Of a DNA stretch of 64,000 nt, positions 1 through 8,181 are shown in pieces. Where the stretch lies: contig JACKFD010000009.1 of assembly GCA_020632655.1 (NCBI GenBank), positions 6,945 to 70,944 on the forward strand, written 5' to 3'. A program made the position numbers and the translations under genes. The notes under the pieces were generated by a model. That model did not search any database. It had not been told where the DNA came from and saw only the letters and a list, made by a program, of their open reading frames with translations. The stretch is from Spirochaetaceae bacterium (GTDB lineage: Bacteria > Myxococcota_A > UBA9160 > UBA4427). Each line of letters begins with the position of its first letter. The stretch's first letter is position 1.

Positions 1-448
1 GGGCCTGCTCGATCAGCAGGCCGAGCGTGTCGGGTGTGCCCGGCTCATGGCCGGGCGCGCGCTCGATGCCGGGTCCGGCGTGGTAGAACGCGCGGCCGCC
101 CCGATAGACCTGGACGAAGAGGTCGGTCGCGGCCAGGCGGGTGGCGCGCTCGAGCAGCGGTTCGATGCGTGCCGGGTCGTCGAGCACGCGGTAGCTGCCC
201 TCGGCGAGGATCCAGAGCCCGCGTGCCGGCGCGTGGACGGCGGCGTGGGAAGGATCCGTCGGGTGCGCATCGTCACGTACACCGACCGCCGCATCGGACC
301 CGCTCGCCATGGGCTGGCTCGAGGCCTGTGCGCCACGGTCCGGCGTCGCGGTGCCCGTCCCGGCGTCGGGCAGGCCGCAGGCGAACGCGAGCAGCGCAAG
401 CAGGAGGCCCGCGACGCGCCGCGTGGCATGGGAGATGGCGTGACGCAT
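1..448 (-). CDS. Partial CDS (N-terminal ~149 codons, continues beyond the left edge): secreted, possibly lipidated glycoside-hydrolase-like protein of the GHL10/DUF187 type
   Basis: Absent from the ORF track because it has no stop in the window. Reverse-strand ATG at 448-446. My translation is stop-free to nt 2: 'MRHAISHATRRVAGLLLALLAFACGLPDAG...ARGLWILAEGSYRVLDDPARIEPLLERATRLAATDLFVQVYRGGRAFYHAGPGIE...'. It has a signal peptide with Cys after the hydrophobic core. The 'RGLWI...LFVQVYRGG.AFY' block resembles the start of the DUF187/GHL10 TIM-barrel family (from memory, not searched). Confidence 0.5.
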   Translation of the reverse strand, partial: MRHAISHATRRVAGLLLALLAFACGLPDAGTGTATPDRGAQASSQPMASGSDAAVGVRDDAHPTDPSHAAVHAPARGLWILAEGSYRVLDDPARIEPLLERATRLAATDLFVQVYRGGRAFYHAGPGIERAPGHEPGTPDTLGLLIEQA

Positions 449-638
449 TCGCGGGTTCAAAGCGCGCACACGGTAACTTCCACGGCCGGTCGGCTCAACG
501 GAAACGGGGGCGCCGCACGTGGCCGGGGCAGCGCACGTGCGCTTGCGGATGGCGTGACGTCGCGTGGGTGCTCGGCGTTTGACAGTGCGCGGTCGCCGTC
601 GGCAGAATCCCGGGCGCGCACGGGGATGGGAGAGGGAT

Positions 639-2774
639 TTGGGACGAAGAACGGGGACGCAGCGACGCGGGTGGCTCGGTGGCACCGCGCTCCTCGGTCT
701 CCTGGTGATGGCGATGGGCCCCGTCGCGCGCTCGGCCTCGGGGCCCGATGGCACGGCCCCGAGCCCCGCGGCGGCGCCTTCGGATCCGATCGTCGGCAGC
801 ATGCCCGCGCCCCCGGCCGATCGCGTGCTCCGGGCGCGCAGCGAGGCGCTGCTGGGCGATCCGGCCGCGCTCTTCCGCGCCGCCGCCGCCGCGATCGAGC
901 AGGAGGATCACGCCCACGCCGACTGGCTCTACGCGCAGCTCGCCCAGCGTCACCCGATCGTCGGGGACCACGCCGGTCTGCTGCGCGCCCGTCTCCAGCT
1001 CTCGAAGGGCCGGGCCGCGGAGGCGCGTCAGATCGCGAGCCAGACGCTCGCCCGGCACGCGGACTCGCCGCTGCGGGCCCGTCTGCACGAGCTGGTCGGC
1101 GAGGCGTTGGCGGCGGAGCGGGACGAGGCGGGGGCCCGACGGGCGTGGTCCGCCGCGCTGGCGGAGACGCGGGACGACGCCCAGCGCGCGGCGCTGCTGC
1201 GTCGCATCGCGCGCAGCCAGGAGCGGTCGGGCGAGGACCGGGCGGCGGGACTGACCTGGCGACGACTCTGGATGGAGCACCCCGCGACCGACGAGGCGCG
1301 CCAGGCGAGCCATCGACTCGACGTGATCGAGGCGCATCTGGGCGAGTCGCTGCGCGGGGCGGGGGAATGGCGGGCCCGGGGTGACCAGCTCTTCCGCGAA
1401 CGGATGAACGACGAGGCGCTCGAGGCCTACGACCGCGCGATCGAGAAGGGCCTGTCGAAGTCGGAGGAACGGCGGCTGCAGAAGCAGCGCGCGCATACGC
1501 TCTTCCGCATGCGACGCTATCCCGAGGCGTTGCTGGCCTTCGAGTCGCTGCCGCAGACGGGGGACACGCCGATCTGGCGTGCGCGCTCGTTGGCCCGGGC
1601 GGATCGTGTCCCCGAGTCGATCGAGGCCTTCGAGCGCATCGTCGCGCGACGCGACTCGAACCGGATCTACGCGCACTACCTGGCGGCCCTGCTGCTGGAC
1701 GGCCGCGAGCGCGACGCCGAAGCGCGGGCGCATTTCCAGGTCGTCGCCGACGATCCGGGCCGCGGCGGGCTCGCACAGGCGGCGCTCTGGCAGCTGGGCT
1801 GGAGCGACTATCGACGGGGCGCCTTTGCGCAGGCGGCGGAGCGTTTCGATCGGCTGGCCGACGCGACGGGCGATCCGATCGAGCGACTGCGTCCGCGTTA
1901 CTGGCGCGCGCGGGCGCTCGAGCAGGGCGGCCGCGCCGACGAGGCGCGGGGACTTCTCGACGCGATCGCGAAGGAGTACCCGCTCTCGTACTACGGATGG
2001 CGGGCCCGGGAGCATCTGGGTGGCGGGGCGCTCGGAGCGGTGGCGCACGACATCGCGCGCGGCAAGGCCGGATTGCGTCCGGGCGAGCTCGAGCGGGTGC
2101 GGATCCTGATGGAGGCGGGGCTCGTCGACGAAGGGGGCGAGGAGACGGCGCTCCTGACCCGTCGCGCGAAAGGGCTCGACGATCGCATCGAGCTCGCGCG
2201 CCTGCTGACCGCCGCCGGCGACTACAACCGCGCCCAGCGCGTGATCGTCGACGCGTACACCACGCCGCTCGCACGCGGGCCCATCGGTGGTCTCGAGGAG
2301 CTGTGGTGGTACGCCTGGCCGTCCGCCTTCGCGGGGATGGTGGACGAGGCGACGCGTCCGGAGGGCAGTATCGCGCCCGAGCTCGTCTATTCGATCATGC
2401 GCGAGGAGAGCGGCTACCGACCGAAGGTGATCTCACCGGTCGGCGCGCGGGGGCTGATGCAGATCATGCGCGAGACGGGGGAGCAGCTCGCCAAGCGGAT
2501 CGGTCGCGAGGGCTTCGATCCCGACCAGCTCTTCGATCCGGCGACGAACATCGAGCTCGGTTCGTTCTACCTGGGCGAGCTCTCACGGCAGTTCCCGACG
2601 AAGCTGTCGGCGGCGATCGCGAGCTACAACGCGGGTCCCCACGTCGTCTCTCGCTGGGTCGAGGGCGATGGTCGGCCCGACGACGAGTGGGTCGAGTCGA
2701 TTCCGTATTCCCAGACGCGGAGCTACGTGAAGCGCGTGACGCGCAGCCTGCAGGCCTATCGGCTGCTCTACTGA
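639..2774 (+). CDS. slt: Soluble lytic murein transglycosylase (Slt70-like: helical-repeat N-domain plus C-terminal SLT domain), periplasmic
   Basis: Track ORF 564..2774. The C-terminus 'ELVYSIMREESGYRPKVISPVGARGLMQIM...IASYNAGPHVVSRW' carries the catalytic Glu-Ser and YNAGP motifs of the SLT domain. A long Ala/Leu/Arg helical-repeat region lies upstream. The signal peptide is 'RRGWLGGTALLGLLVMAMGPVARSASG'. The start is uncertain: in-frame TTG 639 follows GGGAGAGGGA, with GTG 564 and ATG 708 as alternatives. Confidence 0.85.
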   Translation: MGRRTGTQRRGWLGGTALLGLLVMAMGPVARSASGPDGTAPSPAAAPSDPIVGSMPAPPADRVLRARSEALLGDPAALFRAAAAAIEQEDHAHADWLYAQLAQRHPIVGDHAGLLRARLQLSKGRAAEARQIASQTLARHADSPLRARLHELVGEALAAERDEAGARRAWSAALAETRDDAQRAALLRRIARSQERSGEDRAAGLTWRRLWMEHPATDEARQASHRLDVIEAHLGESLRGAGEWRARGDQLFRERMNDEALEAYDRAIEKGLSKSEERRLQKQRAHTLFRMRRYPEALLAFESLPQTGDTPIWRARSLARADRVPESIEAFERIVARRDSNRIYAHYLAALLLDGRERDAEARAHFQVVADDPGRGGLAQAALWQLGWSDYRRGAFAQAAERFDRLADATGDPIERLRPRYWRARALEQGGRADEARGLLDAIAKEYPLSYYGWRAREHLGGGALGAVAHDIARGKAGLRPGELERVRILMEAGLVDEGGEETALLTRRAKGLDDRIELARLLTAAGDYNRAQRVIVDAYTTPLARGPIGGLEELWWYAWPSAFAGMVDEATRPEGSIAPELVYSIMREESGYRPKVISPVGARGLMQIMRETGEQLAKRIGREGFDPDQLFDPATNIELGSFYLGELSRQFPTKLSAAIASYNAGPHVVSRWVEGDGRPDDEWVESIPYSQTRSYVKRVTRSLQAYRLLY

Positions 2775-2942
2775 GGCGGTGGACGCGTGGAGCTGCGTGC
2801 GATCTGCGCCGGGCGTGCGGCCCGTACGGACCTTGTCGGGCCGTCGAGGCCTGGTGGCCGTCGGCCCGATTGAGTCCGCCGCCGAGACGACCGATGGGAG
2901 GCGGTGTCGGCGAGGGCGCCCGCCGGGTCGAGGAGGTTCGCC

Positions 2943-3395
2943 ATGTCCCATCGACGGTCCCAGCGACGCGAGGCCGGCCAGGCGAGCGGCTCGCTCGTGC
3001 TGTTGCTCGTGATCCTCTGTGTCGGCGGCGCCTTCAACTACCATCGGAATCTGCAGCGCGAGCGCGATTCGGAACGCATCCGACCCTACAAGGCCTACGC
3101 GGTGGCGGACCTCGAGGCGCTTCGCGAGGCCTATCGCGCGGAGCTCGAGAGCTCGCGCCGAAGCTTCCAGAGCGCGCAGCGTGCCCGCGCCGGTACGGCC
3201 CGGGACGCCGGCTCCGTCGGACGGAACATCGCCCAGTTCGATCGGACGGCCGCCGCGAGTCGCTCGATTCGCGACGCGGCATCGCAGGTGGCCCAGCGCG
3301 AGGGCCAGATCGCCGAGCTGGATCGCGAGATCCGGCTCCGCAGCGACCTCGGTCAGGGCCTGATGCGGCACCTGCGACGGCTCACGACGATCTGA
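2943..3395 (+). CDS. Hypothetical membrane-anchored coiled-coil protein
   Basis: Track ORF 2904..3395. ATG 2943 lies 7 nt after GAGGAGG. One N-terminal TM segment ('GSLVLLLVILCVGGAF') is followed by a charged, heptad-like helical region ('LEALREAYRAELESSRRSFQSAQ...QIAELDREIRL'). I recognise no family. Confidence 0.5.
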   Translation: MSHRRSQRREAGQASGSLVLLLVILCVGGAFNYHRNLQRERDSERIRPYKAYAVADLEALREAYRAELESSRRSFQSAQRARAGTARDAGSVGRNIAQFDRTAAASRSIRDAASQVAQREGQIAELDREIRLRSDLGQGLMRHLRRLTTI

Positions 3396-3428
3396 GGCTC
3401 GACGCCGGGATCGCGGCGATCACGCGAT

Positions 3429-4214
3429 TCAGGAGTCCTCGAGATCGTCCGAGTCGTCGTCGACGTCTTCCTCGATCTCGATCACGTCGCCCTCGGGCTC
3501 GTCGAACATGTCGTCGGGCGAGCCCAGGTCGTCGAGATCCAGATCGTCATCGTCGCTCGCAGGCGCCTGCTGCTCCTCGTCGTCGAGCAGCTGTGCCATC
3601 GGCCGCACGACCTTCGGGCGCGGCGGCTCCGGTGCGGGCGCCTTCGGCTCCTCGGCGGGGCGGTCGCGCTGGTCGGCGCCGCATTTCGGACAGATGGGCT
3701 CTTCCTTGCCGAGGTCGTAGAACTTCGCGTCGCAGCCGAAGCAGGACCACTTGAAGCCGAGCTTGGGGTGGCGGGGGCCGGTCGGGGTCACGGGCTTCTT
3801 GGGTCGCGATCGCTTGGGGGTGGGTGCGGCGTCCGCTGCGCTCTCTGCTGCGGCCGACTTCGAGGAGCCCGACGACCGGGTCGACGAGCTCTTCTTCTTC
3901 GCCGCCGGGGCCTTCGGGGCGGTCGTCGGCTTCGCGGCCTTCTTCGGTGCCTCCGGTGCGGGGGCGTCGGCCGTGGCCTTCGCGGCCTTGGTCCGGGGGG
4001 CGGCCTTGCTCTTGGCGGCCTTCGGCGCCTTGGCGGCCTTCTTCTTGGGGGCCGCTTTCGAGGCGGCCTTCTTCGTCGTCTTCGCCGGCGCCTTCTTCGC
4101 AGCCTTCTTGGTCGTGCTGCGAGCCTTCTTCGTGGTCCGCTTGGGACTGGCCGAGGCCTTCTTCTTGGTCGGCCGGGCCTTGGCCTTCGAGCTCGTCTTC
4201 TTGCTCGGACTCAT
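3429..4214 (-). CDS. FYDLN_acid (TIGR02300-type) zinc-ribbon protein with a long histone-H1/AlgP-like Lys/Ala/Pro-rich N-terminal extension and a poly-acidic C-terminus
   Basis: Track ORF 3429..4274; the likely start is ATG 4214 ('[10 protein letters not shown]'). The core is '[25 protein letters not shown]', that is CxxC-(K)FYDL(N/G)-CxxC. The C-terminal tail is '[51 protein letters not shown]'. About 150 N-terminal residues are KKAAK/AKAPK-type repeats. Confidence 0.8.
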   Translation of the reverse strand: MSPSKKTSSKAKARPTKKKASASPKRTTKKARSTTKKAAKKAPAKTTKKAASKAAPKKKAAKAPKAAKSKAAPRTKAAKATADAPAPEAPKKAAKPTTAPKAPAAKKKSSSTRSSGSSKSAAAESAADAAPTPKRSRPKKPVTPTGPRHPKLGFKWSCFGCDAKFYDLGKEEPICPKCGADQRDRPAEEPKAPAPEPPRPKVVRPMAQLLDDEEQQAPASDDDDLDLDDLGSPDDMFDEPEGDVIEIEEDVDDDSDDLEDS

Positions 4215-4537
4215 GCGTCTGTCTCCGCCGTCTGTCGCCAGTCTGTCCGTGACCGTTGCCGTGGCCGCGGGCATGGCCGTCCGGGACCGGCCGCACCCGA
4301 TCCGCGTCCGATCGGGCCCTTGGAGCGCTGCGCAACGCGCCGGCCGGCTGCCGGGCGCCGCTTCTCGTTCGCGGGCGCCCGTGCTTGTAGCCGTTCACTG
4401 CGCTCGGGGCCAGTCCCGGGACGACCTCCGCGCCGAGTCCAGCACCTCGGCGGCGCTGGAGACCGACCACGACGGCAGGACGGGCGCTTGCGGGCTTACT
4501 TGCAGCTCGTGGCCGGGATCGGCCCGTCGCCAGGATC

Positions 4538-4585
4538 CCGATCTTCTGATTTACATAATATGTCTTATCGGTGGTGATTGATTCG
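4538..4585 (-). promoter_or_regulatory. Sharply AT-rich island inside a 476-bp non-coding gap; candidate promoter or regulatory site for the FYDLN_acid gene
   Basis: 'gatcttctgatttacataatatgtcttatcggtggtgattgattcgg' is about 33% G+C by hand count of 4541-4580, in a roughly 70+% background. The minus strand reads '...GATAAGACATATTATGTAAATCAG' and contains a TATTAT -10-like hexamer, but there is no convincing -35. Confidence 0.25.
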
Positions 4586-4690
4586 GAGTCCGGCCACCGG
4601 GATCCCCGCGAGCCATCCGCCTCGCGTGCCTACGCCCTGGCGAGCCCGCGGTCCTGCCACCCGTCACGGGCCGGAATCCCGATCCGCTGC

Positions 4691-5425
4691 TCAGCGCCGC
4701 GCGCGCAGCTCCGCCACGAGCGCGGCGACCGATGGATCCACGACGGACTCGGGGAACTCGGACTCGAGTCGCTGATACGTGGCGAGCGCGCGCTCGGCAT
4801 CTTCGGCATCGAGCCAGCAGCGCGTCGCGTCCGCGAGCGCCTGGGCCCGCAACGGATACGACGTCACGCTGGCGGCCCGCTCGTAGGACTCGGCCGCCGC
4901 GCTGGCATCGCCGCGGTTCTCGGCCAGTGCCGCCAGCCGCACGGACGCCAGCGCCGCGACGGCCGAGCCCCGGGCGGAATCCCGCGCGGATGCGAAGCTC
5001 GAGGCGGCGTCTTCGAGGCGCCCGAGCTCGGCCTGGAGCTTGCCCGCCTCGAGCCAGGCCAGCGCCCCCGCGCTCGTGCCCGCGTTGACCCGCCCCACCT
5101 CGGCGAAGCGATCCGCGTACTCCGTCCGCACGCGGCTCGCGAGCTCGGCGTTCGCCGGCTCGAGGATCGGCCCGCCCGCCGGATCCGCGCCCATCGCCTT
5201 GCGGTATTGGCTCGTCGTCCGCGCCAGCGCGTCGGCGGCTTCATCCCGGGCGTCGGAGCTGTGCTGGACGTAGAGACCGACCACCGCCGCGAGCACGAGC
5301 AAGCCGGCGATCGTGCCGAGGATCAGGGCCGCGTTCCGGGACGCCCATTCAGCGACCCGATCTCCGGTCGCCTCGATCTCGGCGAGGGTCTGCGAGGCGG
5401 ACGGCGTGGGCGGCTTCTTGGCCAC
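4691..5425 (-). CDS. YfgM-like (UPF0070) single-pass membrane protein with a TPR-like periplasmic domain
   Basis: This is the C-terminal part of track ORF 4691..6457. In-frame GTG 5425 is preceded by AAGGAA. Sequence: 'VAKKPPTPSASQTLAEIEATGDRVAEWASRNAALILGTIAGLLVLAAVVGLYV...' followed by Ala-rich TPR-like helices. It lies immediately downstream of der; yfgM and der are linked in many proteobacteria. Confidence 0.6.
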   Translation of the reverse strand: MAKKPPTPSASQTLAEIEATGDRVAEWASRNAALILGTIAGLLVLAAVVGLYVQHSSDARDEAADALARTTSQYRKAMGADPAGGPILEPANAELASRVRTEYADRFAEVGRVNAGTSAGALAWLEAGKLQAELGRLEDAASSFASARDSARGSAVAALASVRLAALAENRGDASAAAESYERAASVTSYPLRAQALADATRCWLDAEDAERALATYQRLESEFPESVVDPSVAALVAELRARR

Positions 5426-5589
5426 GAGGGATTCCTTCGGCCGGTGAACCGGGCTTTGGGGCCCACCGGGAGCTCGGGGCGCGTCTCTCCGAGCCGACTG
5501 CAGGCCGGAGGCACGGGGAAAGCCCCTCTTCGGGCGCCCGAGTGTATCCGAGACCCGCTGGAGTTCGAGACCGGCCGCGCCCTTCCCGC

Positions 5590-6975
5590 CTAGCCGTCCT
5601 CTCCGGCGCCGGGGCCCCGGCGACCGCTCCGTCTTCGCAGCTGGATGCGGACCGGTGTGCCCTCGAAGCCGAAGCTCTCTCGCAGGCGGTTCTCGAGGAA
5701 GCGGACGTAGGAGGTCTGGATCGAGCGCGGATCGGTGCAGAAGACGACGAAGGTCGGCGGCCGGACGGCGACCTGCGACGCGTAGAAGAGCTTGTTCGGT
5801 CGCTTGGCCGCGCCCCGACTCGCCATCGACGGCGGATGCTTCTCGGCGACGTCGCGCAGCCAGCGGTTGAGGTCCGCCGTCGGGACGCGCTGCTCGGCGG
5901 CCGAGGCGACCTTCTGGAGTCGCTCGAATAGCGTCCCGAAGCCGGCACCGGTCCGCGCCGAGACCGCCAGCACGGGGACGTCCGACATGAAGCGGAGCCC
6001 GTGGGCGATGTCGGCGAGCACGTCGCGCCGCCGGTCTCGGGCAACCCGATCCCATTTGTTGGCCAGAACGACGGCGGCGCAGCCGTGCTCGCGCACCAGC
6101 GAGGCGACGCGCGCGTCCTGATCCGTGATGCCTTCGGCGGCGTCGACCACGAGCAGCGCGACCTCGGCGCGCTCGAGCGTGCGGAGGGTCATCAGCGCAC
6201 CGCCGTGCTCCCCGGGTCCCTGTCGTCGGCCGACCTTGCGCAGGCCGGCCGTGTCGACGAGCACGTAGTCGCGACCGTCGCGGGTGATCGCGATGTCGAC
6301 GGCGTCTCGCGTCGTGCCCGGCGAGTCTGCGACGACCGTCCTCTCCTCCCCGACGAGGCGATTCGCGATCGAGCTCTTGCCCACGTTCGGCCGACCCACG
6401 ATCGCCACGCGCAGCGCCTCGTCGCCTGCCATGCGAGCGGCGTCCGCATCCTCCCATGCCTCCGCGGGCAGCGCTTCGACGACGTCCTCGAGCGCATCGA
6501 AGGCACCGCCCCCGTGCTCGCCCGACACGGCGAAGGTGCGCTCGATGCCGAGCCGGAAGAACTCGTGGACCCGCTCCTGGTGATGCATCGGCTGATCGAT
6601 CTTGTTCACCAGCAGGGCCAGCGGCTTGCCCGACCGACGCAGGGTCGCGGCGATCGACTCGTCCTCGGGTACGAGCCCCTGCTTGCCGTCGACGACGAAG
6701 AGGATCACGTCGGCGCTCTCGACCGCCGAGCGTGCCTGGGCCTGGACGGCGGCGTCGAGGCTCTCGCCTCGAGCCGGGTCGAGTCCGGCCGTATCCACCA
6801 GCCAGATCCGTCGCCCCGCCACCTCGATGCGTTCCGCGATGCGATCACGCGTGAGTCCGGGTTGGTTCGCGACGAGCGCGCGTCGATAGCCCGCATAACG
6901 ATTGAAGAGCGTCGACTTGCCGACGTTCGGACGGCCGACGAGGGCCACGACGGGGAGTCGGAGGGGCTGGCTCAT
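5590..6975 (-). CDS. der: Ribosome-biogenesis GTPase Der (EngA), double G-domain plus KH-like C-domain
   Basis: Track ORF 5590..7176, with ATG 6975 ('MSQPLRLPVVALVGRPNVGKSTLFNR'). The second G-domain is 'LRVAIVGRPNVGKSSIANRL...DTAGLRK'. The DTAG and NKxD motifs are each present twice. Confidence 0.95.
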   Translation of the reverse strand: MSQPLRLPVVALVGRPNVGKSTLFNRYAGYRRALVANQPGLTRDRIAERIEVAGRRIWLVDTAGLDPARGESLDAAVQAQARSAVESADVILFVVDGKQGLVPEDESIAATLRRSGKPLALLVNKIDQPMHHQERVHEFFRLGIERTFAVSGEHGGGAFDALEDVVEALPAEAWEDADAARMAGDEALRVAIVGRPNVGKSSIANRLVGEERTVVADSPGTTRDAVDIAITRDGRDYVLVDTAGLRKVGRRQGPGEHGGALMTLRTLERAEVALLVVDAAEGITDQDARVASLVREHGCAAVVLANKWDRVARDRRRDVLADIAHGLRFMSDVPVLAVSARTGAGFGTLFERLQKVASAAEQRVPTADLNRWLRDVAEKHPPSMASRGAAKRPNKLFYASQVAVRPPTFVVFCTDPRSIQTSYVRFLENRLRESFGFEGTPVRIQLRRRSGRRGPGAGEDG

Positions 6976-6998
6976 GGCGCGGCAGGATAGCGGCCGGC

Positions 6999-8069
6999 TC
7001 AGCCGGCGGATTCCGCGGCGCGGGATCGGGTCCCTCGCGCATCGCGGCGGGATGGCCCGCGCTCGGCCTCGGCCGTGGCGGTCTGCACGCCCTGCTCGCG
7101 GGCCCCGGTCTCGTCGCCCGCGAGGAAGCGCTCGACCCGCGCGAAGATCGCGTCGGCGTCGGCCGGATCGAACCACTCGACGTCGGGCACGGCGCGGATC
7201 CAGGTGCGCTGGCGGCGCGCGAAGCGTCGCGTGTCCGTCTCGAGCGCGGCCAGCGCATTCACCAGCGTGTCCGCGCCGTCGACGACGGGCTGGATGTGTC
7301 GGTAGCCGATCGCCTGCATCGGCCGCAGCTCCGGTCCGTAGCCGAGCTCGCGCAGCTGGCGCACTTCCCGCAGCAGCCCGCCGTCGATCATCGCCTTGGA
7401 GCGGCGCGCGATGCGCTCGTGCAGCGCCTCGCGGCCGGGATCGATGCAGAGGTGCAGGACGCGGAAGGGGCGATCGCGGAAGCCGTGTGCGTCGCGCACG
7501 GACGAGGCGCGCTGGCCCGACTGCTCGAGGATCTCGAGGGCGCGGACGACCCGGCGCACGTCGTTCGGGTGGATCTTGTCGGCGGCTTCGGGATCGAATT
7601 CGGCGAGGCGGCGATGGAGGCGGGTCGGGTCGCCCTCGCCCTCGGCGCGGGACTGCTCGCGCTCCAGACGTTCTCGAATGTGCGGGTCCGCGCGACCGGT
7701 CTCGACGAGGCCGTCGAGGAAGGCGCGGATGTAGAGCCCGGTTCCCCCGGTCAGGAACACGACGTGGCCGCGCGCGTGGATCGCGGCGGCGGCGGCGCGA
7801 GCCTCCTGCGCATAACGTCCCGCGCTGTAGTGCTCGTCGGGATTCGCGACGTCGAAGAGGTGGTGCGGCACCCGGCGGCGCTCCTCGGCCGTGGGCTTCG
7901 CCGTCCCGATGTCCATGTGACGGAAGACCTGCATCGAGTCCGCGTTGACGATCTCGCCGTCGAAACGCTCGGCCAGGGCGATGGCGAGCTCCGTCTTGCC
8001 GGACGCGGTCGGGCCCGTGATCACGACGACGGGGGGTCGGGGATCGCGCTGGTCGGTCTCGGCGGGCAT
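6999..8069 (-). CDS. miaA: tRNA dimethylallyltransferase (tRNA delta2-isopentenylpyrophosphate transferase)
   Basis: 'VVVITGPTASGKTELAIALAERFDGEIVNADSMQVFRHMDIGTAKPT..ER..VPHHL' is the canonical MiaA N-terminus. The gene sits between mutL and der. Confidence 0.93.
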   Translation of the reverse strand: MPAETDQRDPRPPVVVITGPTASGKTELAIALAERFDGEIVNADSMQVFRHMDIGTAKPTAEERRRVPHHLFDVANPDEHYSAGRYAQEARAAAAAIHARGHVVFLTGGTGLYIRAFLDGLVETGRADPHIRERLEREQSRAEGEGDPTRLHRRLAEFDPEAADKIHPNDVRRVVRALEILEQSGQRASSVRDAHGFRDRPFRVLHLCIDPGREALHERIARRSKAMIDGGLLREVRQLRELGYGPELRPMQAIGYRHIQPVVDGADTLVNALAALETDTRRFARRQRTWIRAVPDVEWFDPADADAIFARVERFLAGDETGAREQGVQTATAEAERGPSRRDARGTRSRAAESAG

Positions 8070-8181
8070 GTCGGGGTCTTCTCGGGGCGGCCGGGCGTCC
8101 GGCCGGGTTCGCAGGGGGCGGGAGGCTAGCAGGTTCGGCGCCCGGGCCCGTTCGCGCGCGGCGGAGCGCCGGGCGCGGGGA

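Noticed and set aside
457-2274. 605-aa and 517-aa minus-strand ORFs (457..2274 and 495..2048), and the 445-aa plus-strand ORF 47..1384
   Set aside because: They are antisense or out of frame to the clearly motif-bearing Slt gene and to the left-edge CDS. Their translations are Arg/Pro/Ala/Ser/Gly-rich with no recognisable motif. These are typical stop-poor shadow ORFs of high-G+C DNA.
3780-4200. Periodic DNA repeats (gccttcttc / ggccttggc units) that could be mistaken for a tandem-repeat or CRISPR-like array
   Set aside because: The periodicity is the coding image of the KKAAK/AKAPK protein repeats of the FYDLN_acid gene. The units are short, degenerate and have no spacers, so this is not a CRISPR array.
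4215-4690. Possible structured RNA gene (RNase P RNA, tmRNA, SRP/4.5S or 6S) in the long gap
   Set aside because: I compared both strands by eye with the conserved cores I remember: RNase P 'GAGGAAAGUCCGGGC', the tmRNA 5' 'GGGGCUGAUUCUGGAUUCGAC' and its tRNA-like 3' end, and the SRP 'GGUCAGGUCCGGAAGGAAGCAGCC'. I found no match. The gap is kept only as a finding to be scanned with Infernal.
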